Source: Paramoeba atlantica (taxonomy: Eukaryota > Protista > Discosea). Taken from it: 64,000 bases of DNA. The stretch is from assembly GCA_977017575.1 (NCBI GenBank), contig CDRNVI010000025.1:163229-227228 (forward strand), given 5' to 3'. This document shows, in pieces, positions 24,328 to 35,450 of this stretch (position 1 is its first letter; each line of letters begins with the position of its first letter). The notes beneath the pieces were generated by a model, which was given only the letters and a program-made list of their open reading frames with translations, was not told where the DNA came from and did not search any database. Both the position numbers and the translations under genes were made by a program.

Positions 24328-25509
24328 TCATAACGTCTTGGCGCTGTGCGCGCTGCCAGCCGCCCTCTGGCGAAAATCCGGTGGTGATGATCTTTTGTAC
24401 GGACAATCCTTCAAGAAATGATCAGGAGATCGGCAATTGTAACACACTGGGCGCCCTACATTGGAAGAAGCATAACTCGGATACATTTGTCTCGGCTGAC
24501 CAAAAGAACGATAACTTCGATTCACATAATTTGATCCGGAGTAGCGCGCACGATATTTCTCTCGATCGGATAACTGATCCGACACGTGCTGATAAAATTT
24601 GTCGTGTGATCTGTCCTCTTTATCCAACTTCTGGTGGACTGCCTCTACATCTACCTTGCACGCTCGCCAATATGAGTCTCGAAGACTCTGAACGATTGCT
24701 TTACCCAACTCCAAGAAAGGACCTTCAGACCATCCTGGGGTATCCCGCGCCAACATAATCCATTTCCCTAGCAAATTGTCGAAGTTTCGCTCTTGCTGTT
24801 TCTGAAATGAACGATCCTGAAAGAATTGATTGAGTCGCAAACCATATTCCGGTGCCTCCTTCAGTTCCCGAATCAAATCACGAATGCGAAATCCCTCATC
24901 ATTACGGGCATCGATCCACGCTGGCCAAGTAATAGGTTCATAAGGGTCTAACTTTAACGAATTAATTGATGCGAATGATTGCAGATTTGGAGGCAGGGGC
25001 CGTCCGCCGTCCAATGGCTGCGTCTCCGGAAGATTATTCGAGGACTGTGGTTCGGCTTCTTCCAGGTCAATACGAAAGTAATTCAGATCATTGTGAGGAA
25101 AGGGGTACTCACGCGTGGGATCGTCCTCCCAGACGGCCCACATTTCCTTGCCTTCACGTCGAATCTTGCCATGCGAAGTACGTTTTGCCGAAGTCGACGC
25201 GTCTTTTCGTTGCCATACCGCTTTAATGTGCAGAACCGGTGCCACATCCTTCGCCAGCAAAAGCTTTTCACACACTCTTGATTTCATTATGCTCATTTCC
25301 GAGCTTCCCATCGGATTCTCTGGCACGATCGATGGACTACGCGTTTCGCGTGGTGATAGAGTAAAACAGGATAGAGTAACAAGGATATATAAGATAATAG
25401 TAAACACCCATCCCATGTAAAATTCTGAATACAAATCATAATTCGAAGAAACTATGTGCCCCGAAGGGCCAGCAGGCAAATATATAACAGCCCCTCGGCC
25501 AAATTTCAA
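24328..25509 (-). CDS. Gag-like ORF1 with CCHC zinc knuckle (true start probably downstream of 25509)
   Basis: CYNCRSPDHFLKDC; lies upstream of YR/pol. Confidence 0.85.
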   Translation of the reverse strand: MKFGRGAVIYLPAGPSGHIVSSNYDLYSEFYMGWVFTIILYILVTLSCFTLSPRETRSPSIVPENPMGSSEMSIMKSRVCEKLLLAKDVAPVLHIKAVWQRKDASTSAKRTSHGKIRREGKEMWAVWEDDPTREYPFPHNDLNYFRIDLEEAEPQSSNNLPETQPLDGGRPLPPNLQSFASINSLKLDPYEPITWPAWIDARNDEGFRIRDLIRELKEAPEYGLRLNQFFQDRSFQKQQERNFDNLLGKWIMLARDTPGWSEGPFLELGKAIVQSLRDSYWRACKVDVEAVHQKLDKEDRSHDKFYQHVSDQLSDREKYRARYSGSNYVNRSYRSFGQPRQMYPSYASSNVGRPVCYNCRSPDHFLKDCPYKRSSPPDFRQRAAGSAHSAKTL

Positions 25510-25565
25510 AACGTGGACTATTAGAAATCAGCGTCTTCTTTCTCACATTTTCTTTTTTTTGTTTT

Positions 25566-26250
25566 TATGCAAATAAAGAAAATTTTTCTCTCTCTTTCTC
25601 CTCTTTCTCACCTCTTGACATACTTTTCCCACCTTTCTCCCTACTTTCCTGCTTTCCCCTACCCAACTTTTCAACTTTTCAGGGGGGGTAAGGTCTCCCT
25701 CAGCTTCGCCTCACCCGGCCTGCAGGCGGCTCCTCAACCATTCGCGCGTTCCGGACCGGGTCTTTCGACCTCTCCACGGCCTGACTTGTGGACCTTTCCC
25801 TTGTTATACGGGAGGGCGCAGGCGCGGGCCTGTGTCGACAGCGACACGGTCGCGAAACAGGATGCTGGCCGACGGGGAGGAGATTCACTACCCGTGTACT
25901 ACCTCACTTGGGGTACCTAGCCCTGACGGACTAGGCGTGAGTATAGACTCTGTCGACGAGACCAGCACCCTCAGCCTTCGAACATGCCGGGATCCGCGAG
26001 CCTTGGTTTAGGCTACTGCAAAATAAGTGCCGGTTGTGGATCTTCAGCCAGCATGCGTGAGACAAGCATTCTCGATTGAGAACGCATCAGGGTGAGGTTA
26101 AGCTCTTGAAGCAGCTGACGGGTAGCTGCTTCTTGAGATAGAGTCCCCTGGGAACATGAGGCGCGATGCTTCCCAACCCATCTAAGGATTGATAGGGCAC
26201 TTGCACTCCAAGCACCATATGATTCTACCACCATGGCAACAAACACATGT
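25566..26250 (-). mobile_element. C-family CRE-like element, 5'-truncated (RLE C-terminus plus structured 3'UTR)
   Basis: MVVESYGAWS..LMRSQSRM; 3'UTR nearly identical to 29290-29695. Confidence 0.85.
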
Positions 26251-26326
26251 TTTGCTTGTTCCCTTTCTTTTGTTAAGACCCTTTCTTTTGTTAAGACTAT
26301 GATTGTTTGTTTTTTTTTTTTTTTTT

Positions 26327-26560
26327 AAAATATCTTTTTTTTCCACCTCAAACGTTCAAGACTGAAAAATTCTTTCTTCTAAAATATATTCTATTTTTTT
26401 TTTTCCTTCTGCACATATTACTAATAACACTTTGAACTCGTGTAATCCAATCCAAGGATAAAATAGTTTTTTCACTGGGACGTCCCTTCAGGCGTTATTC
26501 CACCTCAAACGTTCAAGACTGAAAAATTCTTTCTTCTAAAATATATTCTATTTTTTTTTA
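26327..26560 (-). repeat. Two short (about 70 bp) copies of an element 3'-end fragment between poly(T) tracts
   Basis: CCACCTCAAACGTTCAAGACTGAAAAATTC... at about 26342 and 26499, also at about 41087. Confidence 0.75.
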
Positions 26561-29232
26561 TTTTTTTTTTCGATTAATAAGGGGGGAGAAGTATGAAACG
26601 CGGCATTGCCTCTATATTACCCAATACATGAACCATGAAGGTCCATTGGGGGGGGTATATGATTTGTAAACAAGCAATCAAATTAGCAATTTCACATGTT
26701 GTAGCCCAAAACTAGTAATTCAACCTGCCTTAAGTTATTTATGATTCTGATAACAATAATAATAAAAAAGGAAGCAATCCACGCCCAATCCATCCGCGCG
26801 TTCCGTTTTTGAGAGATAAAGGAAAACATGCAATGGCAGTACTTGAAACCAGTGCTATGATATTTATCGATCTAATTATCTGCATTGTCAATTTCTGCAT
26901 GTAAATTTCTTAGTTTTTCCTCCTTCCACAAGCAATCAGCCCACCCCAAACTAGCAAACAATTTCCCCCCACGAAGCCGCCTCCCTGAAGAGAAATGCAG
27001 TGAAAAAGTGACACCCGAAAGGTAAAAACACCCGGGGGTTTTTTCTATCCCCCCCACACTTTGCCCTACCCCCCACAATTAAATCCCAGCTCGTACCGGT
27101 TGAGCTCGCGAGTAGAAAACCCCTTTCGCATGAACATTACTCTTCAATTCCGTATCCATTAATAATCGCGTCGGGGGATGATGTAGGCAGCCGCAATACG
27201 AGCATACGAGCTATATGTCAGGGCATCCGGCTTATGTCGGATGATGGGACTTAGCGATCCCAGCTTCCCGAGCTAACTCACCCGGCGTCGCATAACAAGA
27301 CGCTAAAGAACTAGGGTGAATACGATGAATACAATATGGATGACACTACCCGGTGCCAGTAAAACGAGGCACTAAATAATTAGGGTGGATGTCATTCTGG
27401 CAACGTAGAATGGGTGGCACCGCCCGGTACCGAATATAACAAGGTACTAAGAAACTAGGGTGGGTGCCATTCGGGCTAATCTTTGGAATGTGTTTGTGTT
27501 TTTTTTTATCCACCCTCAAAAGATAGAGTGGTTTTTTTGGTCAAGGGGCGCCTTATTTGCATTACCTAAGGCGCAGGGGTATAGCGCACCCCGCCTCCCT
27601 AGCTGTAACCTAACTCCTCTCCAAGCGGAGGTCAGCCGTAGCTTGCTATGGATGGCTCTCCGGATACGTCGCAAGACGTATTCGGACTGCCCGTTTGGGG
27701 AGTTGAGGGGCCATAACTTTTCGGAGTCAAAAGGCCCAATACATCATCATCATCATACGAGCTTGTGCCCTCATTAGGGCGACGTTTAGTGTCGTCACCA
27801 GTTGGTGTAGTGCTTCCCCCTTCGAGAGCGTGCCCCCGGAGTACGCTGCCCGGGAAGTGGAGACTTCCTTGAGTATCGCGAAGGCACTGGGGCACCATGC
27901 CCCGTATGACTCCACCACCATAGCGCCAAACTTGTGACGCGCTGCGTCTGCTTCCTCTCTTTGTTTCTTCTTGTTCTCCGTTGCGTAGCGCTCCGCAAAA
28001 GACCCCGCCGTCACCCAGTTAGCATCACGGACTAAGTCCGTATACTTTGGCTGCTGAACATGAGTGACAGCGAAGTCTAATACAAGAGACTGGCCTACGT
28101 CGAAAGTAGAGAGGAAGACGTCCCCTGGCCTAGTGAGGGCGCCCCCAGGACCCGTGTTCCCCAGGCTCACTTCTCGCCGCGGGGTAAACCCAGCTTTCGC
28201 GCATTCTGAGGAGAACTGTCCCGCTATAGCGTTGTGTCGTGCTATGATACCGTGCCCGCACTTGCATACCAGTGCGTGATCACCCTCGGGGTCAAGTGGC
28301 AGGGCGCATTTCTCCATAGGACATGGCCGGGAAGCCGGATAAATAGCGTCTCCGAGCCACCACCGCACAAGAGTACGAAATTCAGTTGGTGTGTAGGCCA
28401 AGCCGTTTTTCTTAGAGGGGATTACGAAAGCCCACTCCGAGGCCCCTTCTCCCGTTTCCGATATCCATCTGGCCCTCGTTCGGAGATCGGCACGAGAAAA
28501 GGCCTCCCGAAATTCGCGGGAGGCGATGGCATGACTAAGATCACGCTGGCGAGGGATTACGAGCTCTTGGCTAGATTCCTGCTCGTTATTATTTGAGTAA
28601 GGAGAGTCCGTCGACAATGCGAGACTTTTCGGTATTAATCCACATTGTTGTACCACAGTTGTCCCGGCGCGTTTATTGACCTCCTGTACAGCTTGGGTGA
28701 ACCCCTCGGCATCCGCCGGGTCCCATTGGTCCTTGTCTGAGGCGAAAGCGACGGAGGCCACGTATGCGGAACTCGAGTGTTCCTCCGCTGACCGGAGCCC
28801 CAACCCCCCGTACCGCTTTTCGCGTTGTGCCTGGCGTCCGGCCCTATCGCTCAGAGGACGAAAGAAATGTTCAGTGGTATGTTGGACAGCATCATCTAAG
28901 CGTTTGCAGAGGTCCTGTAGTTCTGCTGTTGGGGTTGTTCTGAGCGAGTACACCATTTGACAAAAACCCGTACAGTGCCGGATCAGAGACAAGGCGATCT
29001 GGGGGTCTTCGAGCGCCGTTATAGCCTGCAACGATTCTTCGGCCAAGTCGATCGCATTGTTGAGGATGAACTCGCGGCAAAATTTGGTGGATCCAACTGG
29101 ACTCCCCAAAATATGGAAATTGCCTTCTGTATTTTTATTCAAACCGGGGATATCAGGGAAAAGGGAGGAACGGTGGGAGGAAGCGGTGTGAGACGTAAGC
29201 TCGCACTTGGCGGCATTGAGATGTAAACCCCA
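26560..29232 (-). mobile_element. C-family CRE-like element, 5'-truncated inside RT; ORF interrupted by the SINE, stop at 27137-27139
   Basis: GGLGLR, GDHALVC..RHNA, RPGDV, LDFAVTH. Removing 27213-27763 restores LMRAQAR|MLVLRLPTSSPDAIINGYGIEE*, parallel to ARMLVLRLPAAVPDTALLGYGNDE* at 36716. Confidence 0.9.
27213..27753 (+). mobile_element. 541-bp non-coding, highly structured SINE-like element with (CAT)n tail; 10-bp TSD
   Basis: CATACGAGCT at 27203-27212 and 27754-27763; many hairpins with GCAA and UUCG loops; second copy at 38346-38558. Confidence 0.88.
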
Positions 29233-29237
29233 TTTCC

Positions 29238-32200
29238 GTTTTTTTTTTTTTTTTTTTTTAGCAATCAAATTAGCAATTTTATATTGTTTTTATGCAAATA
29301 AAGAAAATTTTTCTCTCTCTTTCTCCTCTTTCTCACCTCTTGACATACTTTTCCCACCTTTCTCCCTACTTTCCTGCTTTCCCCTACCCAACTTTTCAAC
29401 TTTTCAGGGGGGGTAAAGTCTCCCTCAGCTTCGTCTCACCCGGCCTGCAGGCGGCTCCTCAACCATTCGCGCGTTCCGGACCGGGTCTTTCGACCTCTCC
29501 ACGGCCTGACTTGTGGACCCTTCCCTTGTTATACGGGAGGGCGCAGGCGCGGGCCTGTGTCGACAGCGACACGGTCGCGAAACAGGATGCTGGCCGACGG
29601 GGAGGAGATTCACTACCCGTGTACTACCTCACTTGGGGTACCTAGCCCTGACGGACTAGGCGTGAGCATAGACTCTGTCGACTCGACCAGCATCCGGGCC
29701 AGAGGCATGTGGCCCTGCGCATGGCGTCCTCGCCATGCCCCTAAGCGCCTTCAAGGGGGGCGTTAGGGTCACTGACAACTATCCTGGAGACCATCATCCG
29801 AGCCTGGGAACGCATCAACGTGACATTAAGCTCTTTCAAAAGGATGTTTCGTGCCTGAGTGTCTGTTAAAAGACCGTTCGACGCGTTGGCACGTAACGCT
29901 CCCACCTTCCACAGGACCGTCAAGGCACTTCTGCTCCATGAGCCGAAGGACTCAACAATCATCGCTGTGAACAGTAACTGAGCTGCTTCCGCTTCCTGGC
30001 GCTGCTTCCCTTTCGTTTCAGAGAAGTGTTCAGCAAAAGACCCCGCAGCCACCCAGCTAGCATTACGGACTGAGTCCAAATACTTCAATTGCTGTGCGTG
30101 GGTGACTGCGAAGTCTAGAACCATGCCACCTCCCAGTTCATAGTTGGGAAGAAAAACATCGCCTGGTCTGGTGAGACCTCATCCAGGTCCCCGATTTCCG
30201 AGACTTTTTTCCCTTTGCGGAGCCATATTGGCCTTGCTGCAGAAGGAGGTGAACTGCTGGCAGACCGCATTGTGGCGGGTGATGAGGCCGTGCCCGTTCT
30301 TACACATCAGAGCGTGTTCCCCATTTTTTAGGAGTGGTAAGTCACATCCTTTTGCTGGTCAAGGTCGATCCTCTGGATAGACATCCATGCCCAACCACCC
30401 GCGGGACAAGGTACGGAACTCTGTGGGAGTGAAAGCGTATCCCTTGGTCCGCGAAGGAGTCACGAAAGCCCAGCTCCCGGCACCTTTTCCGGACTCTGAT
30501 ATCCATCTTGCACGTGTGCGGGGGTCAGCCTTCTCGTATGCAGTGTTAAATTCTTGCTGGGAAATGACTTGGCTGAGCTGTTGCTGTCTAGGGATAATCA
30601 TCTCCGGTTCGGCCGTCTTCTCTGATCCCTTTTTATTCTGCGTCCGCCGAGGGCGTTTTGTTTGCGAGGACACGCTATGACGTAGATCAGAATCTGTGCG
30701 AGGATTGTTTTGTTTGGGAGTGCGTCCTGTGCATGGGTCCACAAGCGCTGCGCCTGCTTTATCGTTTACGTCTTGCACGGAGGTAGTAAATCCTTGAGCT
30801 TCCAAGGGGTCCCAGTCGTCCATGTCGGCGGCATGAGCGACAGATGAAACGTATGCCGCCGTTGCGTGCAGTGTCGACGATCTGAGACCGAAGCCTCCGT
30901 GGCGCTTCCTGCGTAGTATTTGATCACGTGCGGGGGGGTCCAGGGGAAAAAGTGCCCACTCTACAGCCGTCATGACAGAGTCGTCTAGTAAAAAGCAAAG
31001 ATGGGTAAGGGCCTGTGGGGGTGTAGTTCGGAGGGCGTATACCATCTGACAGAACCCCGTGCATTGACGGATTAGAGCACTGGCCACTTGGGGGTCTCCT
31101 ATTAAACCTATGGCGGCTAGGGTCTCACGTGCTGGGTCGATGGCGTGCTGCATCAGGAACTCCGCGCAGTGCTCGTCCGACCCGATCGGGCTCCCAAGGA
31201 TATCGAAGTTCCCGTCGTGCCGGATTTTCGCCTTTGGGATCTCGGGAAAAAGCGTTGTGAGATGAGCCGAGGCAGGTGGCGTTATGATTTCACTTTTCGC
31301 AGGATTCAAGAAAAGTCCGCACCGGGGGCCAACTTCCGAAAAAACGTCCACCGCCTTTCTGACCTCCACAGCCTCTCCCATAAGAACCCCATCGTCGAGG
31401 TACCACAGTTGCGAGTCAAGGTTTGATCGGGATGCTATCTCTTCCGTCACCTCAGAAAGCACTAGAGAGAATAAAAGTGGGCCTAAAGGATCACCTTGTT
31501 GCACGCCTTCGGCTGAAGGGATGAAATTGTTTCCATACGTGAGGCAACTCGGACTTGAGTAGCACCATTCTACCCAGGGCGAAAGTTCCGGAAAATGTAG
31601 GCGCGTGAGAAGAGCGAAGACGGGTCTGCTGACGTTGTTAAAAGCGTTTCGCAGATCAACCTTGCAGAAAACCAGCTTGTCGCTCCCCATGTTGTTGAGC
31701 ATAGTTTTCCGACAGAGATGAATCACTCGTTCGGACCCCGCAGATGCGGCAACACCGTATTGGCGTCCACGGAATAACGTTCCCGCCTTCTCCTTTACGG
31801 CGAGGCATGCTGCCTTGCTTACTAGGCGCCTTAGGGTTTCGCCCGCCGCAATGGGCCGTACGTCGTCTTCGCCTTTCTCCAGAGCGCAAAGTCTAGCCCC
31901 TGCATAGGACTGCTGAACTTCAGGCGGCGCCTTTCCCTCGAGTAAGTGGTTCACGAGGCGTGTGAGAGCTGAGAGAGGACTTACGTTTTTGTCCTCGTGT
32001 TCCAAAATAGCCGACTGGAGATGCTCAGGACGGAGGCCCATTGTACCGGCGGAAGACCCCCTGTGAAAGCTTTGAACCGCATTCCTGACCTCTGCTTCTT
32101 GCAACTGTAGAGGGGCACCCTTAATCGGCGGTAGATCTTCCTCGAGGGGATTTTCGTGGGGCTCAGGGTGTTTTTCCAACAGCTTGGCAAGGGTCTCCTC

Positions 32201-33330
32201 GTTGTCCGGGGCCATGGGAGCTGCAGATAGGGCGGCCATTCCTCTAGAGAATTCCCCCTGACGCACCAAGAGCTCTGCTCTTATTGCCGCTCTATCTTCG
32301 TCACTTTCTGGGTTCCTGGACTTCGAGCGTTTTCTCTCGCCATCCTTCAGGGCTTGGTCCCAGAGGAGAAGGTAGTCTCCACCGAGCCAGAGCTCCATGC
32401 GTTTTTCCACGTATGTGGAGTACGATGTGTGCCCTTTACGACCGCCACGGTAAGGGGCCGGGAGAACGCACTTCGGAAGCATCGCGAGGAGGGTCCAGGC
32501 CTGCACTGTGTTTTCTTTGACAGCGGATGTTAATGCTTCACTCAAAATTCTGGCCCACAAGAATCTGCAGCAATGGGGGACGTCCTTACAGGTGCTTAAA
32601 GGAAGTGAATAAACTGAGCTAAGAAGTGGAAGTGGATCAGCTGGATGCTCTTCATTTATTTTCTCCGAAAAAGACGTCGGCATGGGCGGCGTTAGTGATC
32701 GAACGGGTTGGTTTCGTCCTTTACAGTGCTTAAGGTGAGAGATCTGTTTGCTTTTGTCGTAATGTCGGATGCAATCCTTGCAAAGGAATCTACCTTCCTT
32801 TTCCCACCAATCAGTCGAAATATTTTTACCATGTCGGTGAGCTACATGATTGTAGAACGCTTGCCATTGCCCTCCGTGTGGGGGAGTCTTCCAGGTGCAA
32901 CCTGCCGCTGGGCATTCACGTTGTATGGTGTATTGTGGAGTGGAATTCGGTGTTTTGCGTTTCGGAGTCTTGGTTGCAGGTGAAGCGTTGGTGTCAGGAT
33001 TCGCTTGAGGCTGTGTCATGTTTGTTCGTATGACGAGGGAGTGATTTGTCTCCTCATTGTCTGTTACCTTCCCCGTGTCTGGCGTGGGTTTCTCTCCGTC
33101 TATCATGATAGCTCGTCTTGTCCAGTATTCGGGCACATTCTCGGGAATAGGGGTGGTGTAAAGGAGTTCATTATACGTGCTTCTGCCAGAAATCAAGTGC
33201 GCGTTCCCGGCGAATTGATCCCAGTCTCCAGCGTTATGAGATTTCTCTTCCTGGGCAAAGGAGTCATCTTCCATGGGTAGCGCTTCTTCATCGAAACGTT
33301 CGTCGTGTGACAACGCGAGACCCAGGTTTT
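29238..33330 (-). pseudogene. C-family CRE-like element, near full length; ORF 29741-33313 with in-frame TGAs at 30359 and 30179
   Basis: Two N-terminal Zn fingers; RT GLRPEHL, RPIAAGE, VDLRNAFN, GVQQGDPLGP, WYLDDG; CCHC and RLE (RPGDV, LDFAVTH); poly(T) at about 29238-29259. Confidence 0.92.
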
Positions 33331-33428
33331 TCCTACCTGAAGGTTACTTTCCTACTTGCTCAACTTCTTTCCCTCACTTCCCCCCATTTTGAAAACGAGC
33401 AAAATATATAACTAGCAAATACATGCTT

Positions 33429-33462
<34 letters not shown>

Positions 33463-33479
33463 ATCGAAGCAAAATCATG

Positions 33480-33650
33480 GGAAAAACGAGCAATGGTTGC
33501 ACGAAAAGAATATGAGTCACTACAATTCGTCGAAGAAGGCGCATTGCCATTCCCAAATATTTCTCCAGCCGTACACATGTATACTGATGGCTCCCTTAAA
33601 ACAACGAAATCGAAAGTTACTTCTGGATGCGGAATCGTGTGGTGGGGCGC
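33480..33650 (+). pseudogene. RNase H N-terminal fragment of a second RTE-like LINE
   Basis: YESLQFVEEG..HMYTDGS..SGCGIV aligns with YKVLEGIEEG..HIYVDGA..GSGIV in ORF 14317..18522. Confidence 0.7.
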
Positions 33651-33902
33651 GCTGTATAAATATTCAAAAAGGGGCCCTGGTATTTCCCGTTGTTCACAGT
33701 ACTAACGAATGTTAAACTACTTCAATATAAAACTTTTTAAACGTGGATATAAACACTTTCCTTGGTACCTCCCCGTTTATTACATCGTGAGAAATGTTCA
33801 CCTTCCCCCCTTTTCTCAATTTTCAAAGAGAAACTATCCCGAAAATGAAATCTATATAATTTTATAAGCTGACTCAGCTTATAGTGATATTGTGTTTAGA
33901 AC

Positions 33903-35450
33903 TTATATACTATATTCTTGAGTTTGCGTGCAGCCGTCTAAGTATTTCTTTAGCTGCGCATAAATCCCTAATCCATTAAGCTCCTGAATCGTCAGCTTCA
34001 TTTCGAGTTCGACCTGTTTCCTGTTTAGCATGGCCGCGTCTGCTAGCGAGTGTACCAAGTTCTGCGTATTGCGGTGCAAAGCGCCTCCTGCCAGTACGGG
34101 TAAACATTGAAATGAGTCTTCACGAATTAAGTTCGTATGTACATATGTGTTGGACTTTCGCTGCAGCGCGTCATTCATGAGCTGTGTGCATTTCTTTCCA
34201 CGATTAGACATTGAGAGTTCGTGAATAACTGTCAGATCATAGAAGACCGCACCCGTGTTCCAATAGATCACGAGATCGGGGCCAGACCGACAAAGTTTTT
34301 TTCCTGCACAAGTCTTCTGATGTACCAACTGGTTTTCCGGACTGATTGTAGATCGGCAAGCGATGCACTTCCACGTAGAAAAGTTTCTAGGTTCCGTTTC
34401 ACATGGGATGCCTGCTTTCACGCATAGACGATGCAAAAATCCGACAAGTGAGTTATGTTTCACGGTCGTATTTATACCTGAACATTGAGCACAGCCTGGG
34501 ATATGGGTGAGGGCGTTTCGGTTATTGAGGAGAATACCGCACCCTGGACACAATAGACTGGTAGGTAGATCTGGGTGTTGGGCATTTAGTCGTGGCATAA
34601 TCGCGAGTTTGAAGAGATGGGAAGGGATGTACTTCGCGTTGGAAAGGATCCAGTCGCTGTTTCCTTTGAAGGATGTGGCTTGTAGAATGGGCTTAATGTC
34701 GGGGTCCGTTTGCAACTCTTTCAATACTTCGACATGATGAATGCTGGTGGAAGCTTTTTCGTCCACTGGTATGACTTTCATTGTCGAGTTCTTAGGAATA
34801 GACGGGTGTGATGGCACCGCGTTGTCGATCCGAGCTGAAAAAGAGTTTCGGCGCTCAAGAACCGAGTAGCGGGATGCCACATATGCCGTCTCCCTAAGGG
34901 GACTGCTCGCTGTCAAACCCATTCCTCCCTTCTTAACGGGTAATCGTACAATTTTCATTTGATCGGGAGAGAGTGGACCAATCCAAGACTCTACCACATT
35001 TTCAACCTCATGATCGAATTGTGATGATGCTTTCTCTGTTGTTTCGGGCGGGTGGACACGAATCAGGTATTGTTGACGAACATTGGCACATTTTGCTAAA
35101 AGAATCATCGATATATTATTGATGCCCATTCGTTTTAGCCGCCGAAAAGCTGTGACCTGCTTCTCTAGTTGACGCAAAAGTCGTTCACTTATTGTGTTGT
35201 TTTCTCCAACATACGCTCCGAGTACTTTGACCGCTTCGTCCTCCGACTTGACACCTTGGGTGCTCAGCGAATTCGGTATGGAATTTCCGGATTTTCCTCT
35301 GAACCAAACGCATTTTGCCTCGGCTAGTTTCACCTGTTTTTCTTCTAGGAGACCTTTGAGCCTAAAGAATGCCTTCTCCAGTTCGGTTGAATCTCGAGAC
35401 ACTAACGTTATATCGTCAATGTATGCATTTATTTCAATACCTGGAGATGC
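33903..35450 (-). pseudogene. S-family element, 5'-truncated just upstream of YIDD
   Basis: Upstream frame reads INAYIDDITLVSRD; KKGGMGL; CPGC..HIPGC; EPRNF..GPDLVIYW..YDLTVIH. Confidence 0.88.

Larger units (their letters stand above)
20528..24406 (-). pseudogene. pol of a VIPER/TATE-like element; 957 aa once the 22671-23668 insertion and one TSD copy are removed
   Basis: Rejoined frame ...KESDSIGK|HDNATVLESCLPLD.... RT KRRRFIAW, KRDLSCGFYQV, MPMGH, YVDG; RNase H LYTDASSTGWG, NPADPISR. Confidence 0.9.

Noticed and set aside
25738-25800. HDV-like ribozyme suggested by GCGAAUGG on the sense strand
   Set aside because: I could not assign P1, P2, P3/L3 in the required order.
27255-27320. HDV-like ribozyme at the SINE 5' end (AGC-UUCCCGA-GCU ... 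GG-stem-CUAA)
   Set aside because: P3/L3 and J4/2 look plausible, but the P1 partner lies downstream rather than upstream and I found no P2; worth only an empirical cleavage test.
25567-29645. 117-aa ORFs at 25567..25920 and 29292..29645
   Set aside because: Antisense readings of the conserved 3'UTR module; conservation is better explained by RNA structure.
30179-30361. TGA recoding / alternative genetic code
   Set aside because: The two in-frame TGAs replace a conserved Cys and a Gly; each is a single-base nonsense change, and other ORFs read normally.
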